Shown here in pieces: positions 50,285 to 60,219 of a stretch of DNA of 64,000 nt (positions within the stretch are counted from its first letter, which is position 1; each line of letters opens with the position of its first letter). The notes beneath the pieces are model-generated. The model was not told the DNA's origin. It ran no database searches and was given only the letters and a program-made list of their open reading frames with translations. Both the position numbers and the translations under genes were made by a program. This DNA is from Hyphomicrobiales bacterium. Its GTDB lineage: Bacteria > Pseudomonadota > Alphaproteobacteria > Rhizobiales > JACESI01. The stretch is taken from positions 21,141 through 85,140 of the forward strand of contig JBDXGY010000003.1 in assembly GCA_039989895.1 (NCBI GenBank), given 5' to 3'.

Positions 50285-52897
50285 ATGGAGGATAAAAAGA
50301 CCAACACACCAATGATGCGCGGCCCACTTGTTTCAAACTGGTTTGAGCAAGTTTTTGCAATGACCAAGCAGGAATTGCAGCAACTTGTCTACACACCCAT
50401 TACATTGATTTTTCAATCCTGGTTTTTACTAGCTTTGAGTATATTGATATTCGCTGTTGCCGATTTCTTATCGACCGATCTCGCCACCTTTGATCTGTTA
50501 TGGACATTCTTACCTTGGGTTTCGATTGTCTTAGTTCCAGTGCTTGCCATGCGCGCTTTTGCGCAAAATATTGGTGACCGAGGATTTGAATTGCTTATGT
50601 CATTTCCAGTTTCAGATTCGGCGATTGTTGTCGGCAAATGGCTTGGCGGAGCTATTGTCTTAATTATAACGCTGGCGATGACTGCGCCCTTTATTGCGAC
50701 TGTTGCCTATCTTGGGTCTCCTGATTGGGGCATAGCTCTTTCTGGATACATCGGCGCAGCTCTTCTCTTAATCAGCTTTTATGCGCTCGCTCTTTTTGCA
50801 GCCTCTCTCACCCGTGATCAGGTGGTCGCTTATATATTATCCCTTAGTGGTTTAACGGTGCTGCTGATCTTGGGTTGGGACGTGGCCGCACGTACACTCG
50901 GCGGAACATTGCCAGATTGGGTAATAACAGCGCTCGTTCAGGCAAGCCCGAAGTTCTGGCTTGGTGAGATGTCGCAAGGCCAAATTCATTTGGCGGCCAT
51001 CATTTATTTTATCGGGCTAATTAGCTTGTGCCTTGTATTGACGATTAAGGTTCTCAAAGGACGCCGCATTGACAGCCCTGGGGCGCTCCATCCAGCATTC
51101 GGTATCTTAGGACATACTGGTTTATGCTTTTGTGTAATCGTTTTGCTGGGTGCGTCTGTGTCACATGTACCCTATGCGCTTGATATGACGAAGGACAAGA
51201 TATTCACTTTGCATCCTGAAACTATTCAAATAGCAAAGCAAACTCCAGATAATACAAAGATCGACTTTTATTATAGCAGCGATGAAAGCGCTATTCCGGC
51301 CAGCATCCGGCACCATGCCAAGAAGGTGAAAAATCTACTTGATGAGGTTGCGGGCCGTTCTAACGGTAAGATTACCATCGTTGAAAATTATATCGCACCG
51401 GATTCCTCTTCTGAAGAGCAGGCGCTTATATCTGGTGTGCGATCCATTCCCATGACTTCTGGCGATCAGTTCATGCTTGGTGCGGTTTTTCGGCAAGGAG
51501 ATCGTGAAAGCGCTATTTCATATTTTGACCAGCAGCGCGCTCAACTTTTAGAATATGATCTTGCTTTGATGATGAATTCGCTCAATCGTAAAAAGACGCC
51601 CCGCATCGGCATTCTTACCCCTTTATTAGCATCTAGCAACATAGACAAACCACGCGAAGGCTTTGCTATTTTTGAAGAAATTAAACGGCAATATGATGTG
51701 ACAATAATCCCGCATTTTCATGATCAACTACCAGAAAACTTAGATGTATTGCTTGTCGTTGATGCGCCAATTTTGAAAAAAAGTATGCTCTTATCGATTG
51801 ACCAGCACGTCATGAATAACCGTGGGTTGATCGCAATTCTTGACCCTTACCCTCGCTTCAACAGTGCGAATGCCCAGACCTCACCGCAGCCCTCTGAAGA
51901 AATAAACGATATATCAGATATTCTCGCAGCCTACGGAATAATCTATCAAGGGCCAATTGTAATTGGCGACAGCGAGCTAGGCGCACCCGTTGCTGGGGCA
52001 GATGGCAGACAATTAATCTATCCTTATTGGTTGCGCCCAAATCGACCCTCTATGTCAACGGCACACGGGACGACAGCGAGTTTGAATGAACTTTTATTCG
52101 CTGAAGCAGGATCTTTCAAAATTTCTAAAACCAGAGCTGAATTTGATCGATTGATTGTAACCGGCGAAAGCTCTGGCACCTTGCCAAGAGATAATTTCAA
52201 GCAAAAAGCACCGGGTTTTCTTGCAGCCCAATTCACGCAAGATAAAAGTATGAGTCATACAATTGCAGTGGCGATGCGTGGAGAAGCAACCAGTGCTTAT
52301 GGCGCTGATAATAAAGTCTCAGGTGAAGTTTCCTTCAAGAAGAAAACACAATCCGCAAATGTGTTTGCGATCGCCGATGCCGACTGGTTATTCGATCCAA
52401 TGGCTTTTCAAACTGTAAATAACGGCGGTCAAGAAGTGCGGCGACCGTTAAATGATAATGTTGCCTTTATACTGAATATGATCGAGTTTTCTTCAGGCGA
52501 CCCGAGATTGGTAGGCATTCGCTCACGTGGTGGGGCTCGGCACTCCTTCACCACAGTAGCCGACATTCTACAGGCGGGGCGAGATCGTTATGTAGCTCAA
52601 GAAGCTGATTACGCCAACCGGATCGCTAAATTGGAAGCAAGCATTTCAGAAGTTATGAGCCTGACAGGAGCAACCGACATCAGGCAATTACCAGATAATC
52701 TGCAATCTCAGATCAAGGAATTGAGAAAGAATATCCTGCCGTTTCGTCAAAACCTCAGAGAGATTAGAGAAAGAATGCGCGAAGATGTTGAGAAGTTAGA
52801 GTTTAAACTTAACTTCTTAAACTTCATTGCTGGACCGGTTTTAGCCGTCCTATTTGCAGCATTGGTGTGGGCGCGGCGGCGTAAAAAAACCCTCTAG
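50285..52897 (+). CDS. Fused ABC-2 permease (GldF-like, ~260 aa) + GldG-like auxiliary domain (~600 aa)
   Basis: The N-terminal six-TM region is ABC-2-like. Then come a TM segment, a [14 protein letters not shown]...IDFYYS...IAPD region typical of GldG N-domains, and a C-terminal coiled coil plus TM anchor ([22 protein letters not shown]). The start lies 8 nt after the ATPase gene. Confidence 0.65.
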   Translation: MEDKKTNTPMMRGPLVSNWFEQVFAMTKQELQQLVYTPITLIFQSWFLLALSILIFAVADFLSTDLATFDLLWTFLPWVSIVLVPVLAMRAFAQNIGDRGFELLMSFPVSDSAIVVGKWLGGAIVLIITLAMTAPFIATVAYLGSPDWGIALSGYIGAALLLISFYALALFAASLTRDQVVAYILSLSGLTVLLILGWDVAARTLGGTLPDWVITALVQASPKFWLGEMSQGQIHLAAIIYFIGLISLCLVLTIKVLKGRRIDSPGALHPAFGILGHTGLCFCVIVLLGASVSHVPYALDMTKDKIFTLHPETIQIAKQTPDNTKIDFYYSSDESAIPASIRHHAKKVKNLLDEVAGRSNGKITIVENYIAPDSSSEEQALISGVRSIPMTSGDQFMLGAVFRQGDRESAISYFDQQRAQLLEYDLALMMNSLNRKKTPRIGILTPLLASSNIDKPREGFAIFEEIKRQYDVTIIPHFHDQLPENLDVLLVVDAPILKKSMLLSIDQHVMNNRGLIAILDPYPRFNSANAQTSPQPSEEINDISDILAAYGIIYQGPIVIGDSELGAPVAGADGRQLIYPYWLRPNRPSMSTAHGTTASLNELLFAEAGSFKISKTRAEFDRLIVTGESSGTLPRDNFKQKAPGFLAAQFTQDKSMSHTIAVAMRGEATSAYGADNKVSGEVSFKKKTQSANVFAIADADWLFDPMAFQTVNNGGQEVRRPLNDNVAFILNMIEFSSGDPRLVGIRSRGGARHSFTTVADILQAGRDRYVAQEADYANRIAKLEASISEVMSLTGATDIRQLPDNLQSQIKELRKNILPFRQNLREIRERMREDVEKLEFKLNFLNFIAGPVLAVLFAALVWARRRKKTL

Positions 52898-54570
52898 AAG
52901 AGCCCTTCTACAAAGCCATTATCATCAAGCATGATTGCTTCAGCTGATGGGACACGCGGCAAGCCCGGCATGGTCATGATCTCGCCGCAGATTGCAACAA
53001 TGAACCCTGCACCGGCTGAAAGTCTAACTTCGCGAATTGGCAATGAATGGCCCGTTGGCGCTCCACGCAAGTTTGGATCTGTTGAGAAAGAGTATTGAGT
53101 CTTCGCCATACAGACTGGCAGGTTGCCATAACCAGCCTCTTCCCACTGATGCAATTGATTACGGATCTTCTTGTCAGCTAGAACCTCATCGGCACGGTAA
53201 ATACGCTTTGCAATGGTCTCCATTTTTTTAAACAAAGATATGTCATCAGGATAAAGAGGTGCGAATTGCGCGCTGCCTTTATCGATCATCTTTACAACCT
53301 TGTTTGCAAGATCTTCGGTGCCTTTTGAACCATGCGCCCAATGCTTACAAAGAACAGCTTCTGCGCCTTGTGTTGAAACATAGGCTTTGACAGCTTCAAC
53401 TTCTGCGTCCGTATCCGCGATAAAATGGTTGATCGCAACAATAACGGGAACGCCGAACTGTTTGATGTTTTCAATATGGCGGCCGAGGTTTGCACAGCCC
53501 TTCTTCACCGCATCAACATTCTCATTGTTCAAATCTCCTTTAGCAACACCCCCGTTCATCTTCATAGCGCGGACCGTTGCAACGAGGACAACTGCGTCTG
53601 GCGCAATGCCGGCTTTGCGACACTTGATGTTGAGGAATTTCTCTGCGCCCAAATCAGCACCAAAGCCTGCTTCTGTGACAACATAATCAGCAATTTTAAG
53701 CGCTGTTTTTGTTGCAACAACAGAGTTACAGCCATGAGCGATGTTAGCGAAAGGGCCGCCATGTACGAAGGCAGGATTGTTTTCTAATGTTTGTACAAGG
53801 TTCGGCTGCATCGCTTGCTGAAGAAGCACTGTCATCGCACCATCAGCCTTGATGTCACGACAAAAAACAGGCGTTTTGTCACGGCGATAAGCGACAATGA
53901 TATTGCCAAGCCGTTCTTGTAGATCTGCAAGGTCATTTGAAAGGCACAAAATGGCCATCACTTCTGATGCAACTGTGATGTCAAAACCAGCTTCACGAGG
54001 AAAGCCGTTGGAGACACCGCCTAGTGACGCTGTAATCTCACGTAGCGCGCGATCATTCATGTCCATGACACGACGCCAAACAACGCGACGCGTATCGATT
54101 TCAAGGCTATTGCCCCAATAAATATGATTGTCGATCATTGCTGATAGAAGATTATGAGCAGAAGTAATCGCGTGGAAATCACCTGTAAAATGCAGGTTCA
54201 TTTCTTCCATTGGCACAACTTGCGCATAGCCGCCACCTGCAGCGCCGCCCTTCATACCAAAACAAGGACCAAGTGACGCTTCACGTATACACACCGCCGT
54301 CTTTTTGCCGATGGCATTAAGACCATCACCCAGACCAACCGTTGTGGTCGTCTTACCTTCACCCGCAGGTGTTGGATTAATTGCCGTCACAAGGATAAGC
54401 TTGCCGTCCTTATTACCCTGAACTGACTTGATAAAGTCTTCCGAGACTTTCGCTTTGTCATGTCCAAATGGTAAAAGGTCATCACTACCAATTCCGAGTT
54501 TCGCACCTATTTCTTGGATTGGTTTTTTATTTGCTTCACGGGCAATCTGTATATCTGACTTAACGGTCAT
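52894..54570 (-). CDS. fhs: Formate--tetrahydrofolate ligase
   Basis: 558 aa. [16 protein letters not shown]-loop, full-length collinear with FTHFS. SD GAGGAAG. Confidence 0.96.
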   Translation of the reverse strand: MTVKSDIQIAREANKKPIQEIGAKLGIGSDDLLPFGHDKAKVSEDFIKSVQGNKDGKLILVTAINPTPAGEGKTTTTVGLGDGLNAIGKKTAVCIREASLGPCFGMKGGAAGGGYAQVVPMEEMNLHFTGDFHAITSAHNLLSAMIDNHIYWGNSLEIDTRRVVWRRVMDMNDRALREITASLGGVSNGFPREAGFDITVASEVMAILCLSNDLADLQERLGNIIVAYRRDKTPVFCRDIKADGAMTVLLQQAMQPNLVQTLENNPAFVHGGPFANIAHGCNSVVATKTALKIADYVVTEAGFGADLGAEKFLNIKCRKAGIAPDAVVLVATVRAMKMNGGVAKGDLNNENVDAVKKGCANLGRHIENIKQFGVPVIVAINHFIADTDAEVEAVKAYVSTQGAEAVLCKHWAHGSKGTEDLANKVVKMIDKGSAQFAPLYPDDISLFKKMETIAKRIYRADEVLADKKIRNQLHQWEEAGYGNLPVCMAKTQYSFSTDPNLRGAPTGHSLPIREVRLSAGAGFIVAICGEIMTMPGLPRVPSAEAIMLDDNGFVEGLF

Positions 54571-54643
54571 GGAGCTTCCTCAAATGTGTATATTGTGTCG
54601 CGTTAAAATCTTTAAACCTAAATATGAGCGTAAGAATTTATCA

Positions 54644-54674
54644 CAGCTGGCCGGTTCAATTTCTGGGCCAGCTG
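54644..54674 (-). terminator. Hairpin between the panB-like gene and fhs (terminator/attenuator candidate)
   Basis: CAGCTGGCC-N13-GGCCAGCTG is a 9-bp perfect stem, about 60 nt after the panB-like stop. Only a weak T-rich tail follows on the minus strand. Confidence 0.4.
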
Positions 54675-54732
54675 CAATAATTGTAGTGTTAAGAAAATTT
54701 ACTTCGAATTATGGAAACAAACTGGACTAAGA

Positions 54733-55632
54733 TTATCCTTTAGCTTTTCCAATCTCTTCGAGTTTTTTCTCCCATTTCATAGCTTTTGCGAAGGTTTCAA
54801 GTTCTTCATCAGGCATATGAATTGTGTTTTCAGGACCAGGGTAATTCCGATTAACCACATCATCCATGTAACGAGTAATCACGTCTTCCATAATAGGAAT
54901 AAGGTCGGTGTATATGCGTGAATGTTTTGGAACATGCTCTTCCCAAAGATGGAAGAGATCTGATGAAATAATATGTACACCATCTGCGCAGTTACCTGCA
55001 CCAAGGCTGATAACGGGCACTGGCAAAATCTCTGCCAAATATTCAGCAACTTCAGATGTTGTCACTTCGCAAAGAATAGAGAAACAACCAGCATCATAAA
55101 ACGCTTTTGCATCATCTACCATTGCCTGTGCACTTTGGGCTGTTTTACCCTGAGCAACAAAACCACCAAGCTGAGGCATACGCATTGGTGTAATACCAAC
55201 GTGGCCTTGTACCGGAATACCCGCATTGACGATTGCTTCAATGTTTGGCGCATGATGGCGATTGCCTTCACACTTCATCACTTCAGCATTTGCTTGGTGT
55301 ACGAATTTACCAGCATTGTCGATTGCTTGCTCTTTAGAAACATGGAAGCTCCAGTAAGGCATATCAACCATACGCATACCGTATTGAGAACCACGATCAA
55401 TGGCTTGGGCCATCATCATGACTTCTTCAAAACTAACTGACACCGTGCTTTGGTGTCCAAACAAAATCATGCCGCCTGTATCTGACACACATAATATGTC
55501 CATGCCTAAACGATCCGATACAACCGCTGTTCTATAATCATATGCAGCAAGCTGCGTGATAGGCTCACCTTTTTTCATTTTCGCTTGTAGCGTCTTATAA
55601 GTAACTTTTTTTCTCTTAGCAGCCTGTGCCAT
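54733..55632 (-). CDS. 3-methyl-2-oxobutanoate hydroxymethyltransferase (PanB) family protein with a C-terminal extension
   Basis: AYDY ... VSDTGGM ... VDMPY ... MKCEGN ... GHVGITPM ... ILCEV align with the PanB Mg/catalytic motifs (VGDSLGM, ADLPF, VKIEGG, GHIGLTPQ, LVLECV). Strong SD GAGGGGAGG before ATG 55632. No panC is adjacent. Confidence 0.75.
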   Translation of the reverse strand: MAQAAKRKKVTYKTLQAKMKKGEPITQLAAYDYRTAVVSDRLGMDILCVSDTGGMILFGHQSTVSVSFEEVMMMAQAIDRGSQYGMRMVDMPYWSFHVSKEQAIDNAGKFVHQANAEVMKCEGNRHHAPNIEAIVNAGIPVQGHVGITPMRMPQLGGFVAQGKTAQSAQAMVDDAKAFYDAGCFSILCEVTTSEVAEYLAEILPVPVISLGAGNCADGVHIISSDLFHLWEEHVPKHSRIYTDLIPIMEDVITRYMDDVVNRNYPGPENTIHMPDEELETFAKAMKWEKKLEEIGKAKG

Positions 55633-55684
55633 ATTGGGCCTCCCCTCATAATAAATTATTGACTTTAGCCTCACCGAGACTATT

Positions 55685-55705
55685 TGCTATTTTGCATAAA
55701 TAGCA
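55685..55705. promoter_or_regulatory. 21-bp perfect palindrome upstream of the panB-like gene (operator or 5'-UTR hairpin candidate)
   Basis: TGCTATTT-TGCAT-AAATAGCA, 53-73 nt upstream of the start at 55632. Confidence 0.4.
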
Positions 55706-55969
55706 CACCAATTAAATTTGTTAGACATCATTCGTGATGTTTCAAAACATAGTAAAATGTATGCCCTCTATTAGAATTTTGGTAACGGCTATTAGTATAG
55801 CAATCTCATAATTGAAGAGCAAAAAACGGGGCAATATGTAGCATCGCTCTGTAATCTCGAAAATCTAGTAATTACTCAGTATATAGCTCGATATAGCTGG
55901 CCTGTTTCCATTGTGTGACAGCTCTGCGCCTATAATCACGATATCTATTGGGTCATTTGCCATTTCTAA

Positions 55970-56008
55970 TTGATGCTATCTAATATATAGTGCCTATATT
56001 GTAGATAG
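55970..56008 (+). promoter_or_regulatory. Candidate lysR promoter overlapping LysR-type dyads
   Basis: TTGATG-N18-CTATAT (55970-55999) approximates the alphaproteobacterial sigma-70 consensus CTTGAC-N17-CTATAT. ATATAG-TGC-CTATAT (55985-55999) and CTAT-N7-ATAG (55994-56008) are T-N11-A-style dyads, 70-90 nt upstream of the LysR gene. Confidence 0.35.
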
Positions 56009-56075
56009 AAACTGTTTTCAAATGCCTATGTTTTTATTTTCTTACATAGCTTTTTCACATGGGGAGGTGTGAAAT

Positions 56076-57011
56076 ATGTTTTTGAGGCAATTCAAATATT
56101 TAATTGCAGTCGATAAGGAGGGGCACTTTGGCCGTGCTGCTGCGCATTGCAATGTGACGCAGCCAAGTTTGTCGAGCGGCATAAAACAATTAGAACTAGA
56201 ACTCGGTGTAACGCTCTTTAAAAGAGGGCGTGGACAAAGATTATATGGCACGACCCCAGAGGGCGAAGTTGTTGCTAAATGGGGCCGTCAAATTATCGCA
56301 CATTGCGATGCTATGTATGATGAAATTGCATCCATGCAAAATAACTTGAATGGCACGCTAAGAATTGGCGCTATGCCATCCATGTCACCCATCTTGCCGG
56401 TGATTTTACAAAGAATTAGAAATCTTCATCCAGACATCAAAATTGATGTAGAATTTATTGGTAATGACGCGATGAAAGTCGGCCTCGGTAATTTCACGCT
56501 CGACAGTGCAATTACCTATGTCGATAATGCTGATCTGGGTCGATGTGACGTATTGCCAATCTATACAGAGACCTTCAGTCTGCTTGTTCCGGATTCTTTC
56601 AAGTTTGAAAACCGCGAGGAAATCACCTGGAAAGAAGCCTCGGAACTGCCTTTAGCCATGTTGAGTCCCAATATGCACGAACGCCGATTTGTGGAAGAGG
56701 CATTTGCTAAATCTGGTTGTGATGTTGTGCCAAAAATTGAATCGCCTTCAATTTTGCATCTTATGTTTCAGGTGCAATTTACCGAACTTTGCACCGTTAT
56801 TCCTTCGCACTTTATCCGCATGCCGGGGCTACATGAAGGTACGAAGGCTTTACGCTTGATAGAACCTGAAGTTACTCAAGAAGTCGGCTTATTCTGGATT
56901 GAAGGTAAAACGGCTATGCCTATGACAAATATCATGGTTGATATTGCAACTAACCTCAACCAGTCAGGCGATCTGCGTAGTCTTCTCAGTGGCCCCAAAC
57001 AACGATCATAA
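56076..57011 (+). CDS. LysR-family transcriptional regulator
   Basis: N-terminal wHTH domain LRQFKYLIAVDKEGHFGRAAAHCNVTQPSLSSGIKQLELELGVTLFKR followed by a LysR substrate-binding domain. SD GGGGAGG. Confidence 0.85.
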   Translation: MFLRQFKYLIAVDKEGHFGRAAAHCNVTQPSLSSGIKQLELELGVTLFKRGRGQRLYGTTPEGEVVAKWGRQIIAHCDAMYDEIASMQNNLNGTLRIGAMPSMSPILPVILQRIRNLHPDIKIDVEFIGNDAMKVGLGNFTLDSAITYVDNADLGRCDVLPIYTETFSLLVPDSFKFENREEITWKEASELPLAMLSPNMHERRFVEEAFAKSGCDVVPKIESPSILHLMFQVQFTELCTVIPSHFIRMPGLHEGTKALRLIEPEVTQEVGLFWIEGKTAMPMTNIMVDIATNLNQSGDLRSLLSGPKQRS

Positions 57012-57016
57012 AGCCG

Positions 57017-57844
57017 CTAATTAGCCAAGCGCTTGCGACAGTTAAGAATGCTTTTGCTCAAAAATAAAACCACATCATCATCACTCATATTGTCTGACGC
57101 AATGCGCTCAACAGGCAAAAGACTTGAAGCTTCAAAATCACCTGCCTCAGCCTCATCCTTCGTTGCTGTAAAAAAGAAGGGGGATGGGCGCAGTCCATCG
57201 CCAGCTGACAAGCCCATACGAATGGCTGGTGAGCCAAATCCTGGCTGTAAGTCGAGCTCTATGCCCAGATGGAATAGCTGCGGCCAGCAAATAACCGGTA
57301 TATCTGTTGAGGCAAGGAACCCATCTTCATTATTTTTGAGACTATCCGCAACAGCTGCGCATACTTCGGCTGAGTCACAAAAACAATCGTTCAATGCCGT
57401 GAGCTCATTAGAATATTGCTCGACTTCGTGTTCCTCACTATCACCCATCATCAGTTCTGTGCCGACATAAGGAAGAGTTTTTGAAAATTTCTCACGATCC
57501 ACACCACGATGCAGCAACTCTATCAAAAACCATGCCTCAACATGAGCCGGTGTTCGCTCTTGAAACGACAGTGTGTGGGGAACCGGAATATCATTTTCAC
57601 AAAACTGCAGCTCAAGTGTCTCAAGCCGCAGCTCGAGGGAATATTTAGACAAAAATTGTTTTGTTCTGATTGAACGCGCATTTGAATTCCACAGCAGTTC
57701 AATGTGACTATTTTTATCATCCGCCTCTATGTAGCTGTTGGCTATTCGCGCCATCCAATGCAAAGCATTTTGAGCTTGCCTGCGAGACGCTTTCATTTCA
57801 GTTGACTTAACCGTTAAAATTGATTGCCACTGCTGATTTTTCAT
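57017..57844 (-). CDS. Hypothetical acidic protein (275 aa), co-oriented downstream of msmD
   Basis: Longest ORF in this stretch, with GAGGA 9 nt upstream of the ATG and 71 nt after the msmD stop. No signal peptide or TM segment, and no family recognised. Confidence 0.5.
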   Translation of the reverse strand: MKNQQWQSILTVKSTEMKASRRQAQNALHWMARIANSYIEADDKNSHIELLWNSNARSIRTKQFLSKYSLELRLETLELQFCENDIPVPHTLSFQERTPAHVEAWFLIELLHRGVDREKFSKTLPYVGTELMMGDSEEHEVEQYSNELTALNDCFCDSAEVCAAVADSLKNNEDGFLASTDIPVICWPQLFHLGIELDLQPGFGSPAIRMGLSAGDGLRPSPFFFTATKDEAEAGDFEASSLLPVERIASDNMSDDDVVLFLSKSILNCRKRLAN

Positions 57845-57915
57845 CTTCTCACATCCTCAAGCAAAATCTGGATGTCATGAACATCCGATTTATTATTCAA
57901 TTGTTGAGCTATTGC

Positions 57916-58959
57916 TTAGCTAAATTTATCATAACGAATTTGCTGTGCTGAAAGACCCGCATTCACAATTAAAACACGGGTTGCCGCATCAACCATCGGG
58001 GCTGGGCCTGCAAGATAGCCGATCACATTGCTATTATCACCATCAACGCAACCTGCAGCAACGTCAGTGACAAACCCGCCCGCCAGCGTAATATCCGGAA
58101 AATCTGGATGAACTGACGCACTCGGCGCTTCATCAGATAGAACAAGGGTAACTTCAAGATTACCCTTTGCTTCTTTCATCATCGATGAAAGCTCGCTCAT
58201 ATAAAATGCATCTATTAAGGTTCTAACACCAAAAAACAGCTTTGCTTTTCGCTTTAAAAGATGCCCCGATCGCGTTGCATGATCTAAAATAGACATAATA
58301 CCTGCAATGCCAGAACCGCCGACGATGCATATAAGGTCTTTATCTTCCTCAGGATGGAATGTTGCCCTCCCCAGAGGACCAAAGAGTTTTAACTGGCTGC
58401 CTTTAATGTCATTTTCAAAAATCCAATCGGAAAATCCACCATTTGGATTGCGCTTAACAACAAAACTTATGCGATCTGTTGAAGAATCATAATTCACCAT
58501 AGAGTAAGCACGGCCACCAGTCAGATTTGGCGCTTCCACAACCATAAATTGGCCGGCTTGAAACGACAGATTCTCGCGCATAGCTATCTCATAATGGATA
58601 ACATCTGACGTCAGTTTTTTGACTACGTCCACTGTTCCGTGGTGCAATTTAGGTAATGTGTTTTTGTTTTGGTCATCTGGAGTATCGGAAGGCACGCGCA
58701 GCACGCAATCGCCATTTGCGCGCGTCTGACACATAAGTATATCGCCTTTATCAGCTTTGTAACGCGCCATGCCTGGTGCGTCAGTCCATGCCATATCGAT
58801 ATTTCCATCCATAACGCGGGCCCTACAAGAACCACAGGTGCCTGTCGCGCAATCATAGGGAAGTTTAAGCCCCGCCTTTAACCCAGCGAATAAAATAGGC
58901 TCATCTTCAGCCGTCTCAAATTTATACTCACCTGATTTGGATTGTAGCGTGATGGTCAT
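57916..58959 (-). CDS. msmD: Oxygenase reductase: N-terminal plant-type [2Fe-2S] ferredoxin + FNR-like FAD/NAD(P) module; candidate MSA monooxygenase reductase
   Basis: CATGTCGSC (C-X4-C-X2-C) with a later Cys, RAYS-type flavin motif (GRAYSMVN), and GGSGIAG NAD-binding loop. It is the last gene of the Rieske oxygenase operon. Confidence 0.72.
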   Translation of the reverse strand: MTITLQSKSGEYKFETAEDEPILFAGLKAGLKLPYDCATGTCGSCRARVMDGNIDMAWTDAPGMARYKADKGDILMCQTRANGDCVLRVPSDTPDDQNKNTLPKLHHGTVDVVKKLTSDVIHYEIAMRENLSFQAGQFMVVEAPNLTGGRAYSMVNYDSSTDRISFVVKRNPNGGFSDWIFENDIKGSQLKLFGPLGRATFHPEEDKDLICIVGGSGIAGIMSILDHATRSGHLLKRKAKLFFGVRTLIDAFYMSELSSMMKEAKGNLEVTLVLSDEAPSASVHPDFPDITLAGGFVTDVAAGCVDGDNSNVIGYLAGPAPMVDAATRVLIVNAGLSAQQIRYDKFS

Positions 58960-59000
58960 TTTATTGCAGCCTTTGAAGCTTGGTTTACATAGGCTGAGTA

Positions 59001-59378
59001 TCAGGAGAAAAAGTCATCGTCGCCTAGCTCATCTTCTTCTTCGAAGTCATAGAGCAATTGTTCCGTGACAAATGCCATAACATGACCATCTTCCACCTTA
59101 GCATCATAGGTTTTGAGAGGCTTTTCTGCTTCGCCCTTTAATTCCAAGGTTTCCAGATCCCACGCCCAAAGGTGCTTTGTGCACGTCAAAACGCAACCAG
59201 CGATGACGCCAGATTCTTCCAAAGGTTCTTCCATATGAGGACACACAGGCGGTAAAACGGTGTAACCATTCTTGTGGCGAGCCACAAGAACAGGAATTCC
59301 TCCCGCAGCGCCTGCCCAAAACTTTTTGACGCCGCCTTCAGTAACTTCGTCTGTGGTGCAAATCTTTGTCCAGCTCAT
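59001..59378 (-). CDS. msmC: Rieske-type [2Fe-2S] ferredoxin; candidate MSA monooxygenase ferredoxin
   Basis: 125 aa with CPH-X17-CTKH Rieske ligands and a very acidic C-terminus (DFEEEDELGDDDFFS). Confidence 0.72.
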   Translation of the reverse strand: MSWTKICTTDEVTEGGVKKFWAGAAGGIPVLVARHKNGYTVLPPVCPHMEEPLEESGVIAGCVLTCTKHLWAWDLETLELKGEAEKPLKTYDAKVEDGHVMAFVTEQLLYDFEEEDELGDDDFFS

Positions 59379-59501
59379 TGGTTTAATCCAATCCTTATAC
59401 TCATTGCCTTATCACTCGAGGCCTTATTATTCAGGGCATATTACTTAGAAGTTCGAGCTAATTTGGCATCATCTATCAAAATTAAATACAATCGATGTTG
59501 G

Positions 59502-59999
59502 TTAAATAGGCCAATGAGACCCTTTGTCCAAGCGACGGTTATCTAATTTAACTTCACGCTTGAGAAACTTCACTTGGTCATTTTCAATGACAAAATCATC
59601 AATATATTTGCCAACCAAAAACAGGCGGCTTTCACCTGAATCAATATGAGAATTATTACCATCAAGCATGTTTTGATAAACAACAAACGAACTCACTGCA
59701 CTGGCAGATTTACCATCCTCAGCCACATCAACTGTGTAAACGGATGTATGACGGCGCAAGGGAGAATGATCTGTATTGTGCTTAGGGAGCAGATCAATGA
59801 TGGATGTCATTTCCTTCAAGTCGCCCTCCATATAGATCATGTCTTTATTAATCTCTGGGCTGAAAGAGGTTATTATATAGTAGTAATCTTCACTACATAA
59901 TGCGAGCCAGTCGTGCCATTCCTGACCATCCAGTGCAATGGTTGCTCGATAAATCGTATCCCGAACTGAGTTAGAAATATCATAATTATTGTTTGGCAT
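59502..59999 (-). CDS. msmB: Ring-hydroxylating-oxygenase small (beta) subunit, SnoaL/NTF2-like; candidate MsmB
   Basis: 165 aa. The size, position and pattern (IYRATIALDGQEWHDWLALCSEDYYY ... RHTSVYTV ... GKYIDDFV) are typical of RHO beta subunits. Confidence 0.7.
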   Translation of the reverse strand: MPNNNYDISNSVRDTIYRATIALDGQEWHDWLALCSEDYYYIITSFSPEINKDMIYMEGDLKEMTSIIDLLPKHNTDHSPLRRHTSVYTVDVAEDGKSASAVSSFVVYQNMLDGNNSHIDSGESRLFLVGKYIDDFVIENDQVKFLKREVKLDNRRLDKGSHWPI

Positions 60000-60183
60000 T
60001 TATTATCATTCCCTGAGTGATGGCGAGGTCTTTTTGTCCGCCCGCCTTAACATGTTTGCTATCCGCTATATTTTTCATTTCTCATGCAATTGATAAGATA
60101 ATTGATCAATTTCTCATCAGCCAATGACTGCATTTTAAAGAAAAATGGTCACGTCGCAAAACTTGCTTTAATGACAGATGGTC

Positions 60184-60219
60184 GCAAGACCAGAAACCTA
60201 TTTTGGTTACAGGTCTTGC
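60184..60219 (-). other. Extended hairpin immediately after the msmA stop
   Basis: Outer stem GCAAGACC/GGTCTTGC and inner stem AACC/GGTT, 17 nt after the msmA stop. No U-tract follows. Confidence 0.4.

Noticed and set aside
54571-54732. Possible ZTP (pfl) riboswitch upstream of fhs
   Set aside because: fhs is a classic ZTP-regulated gene, but the leader lacks the GGGUCGUGAC...CCGCCUGGGC cores. The only structure is a simple 9-bp hairpin (54644-54674).
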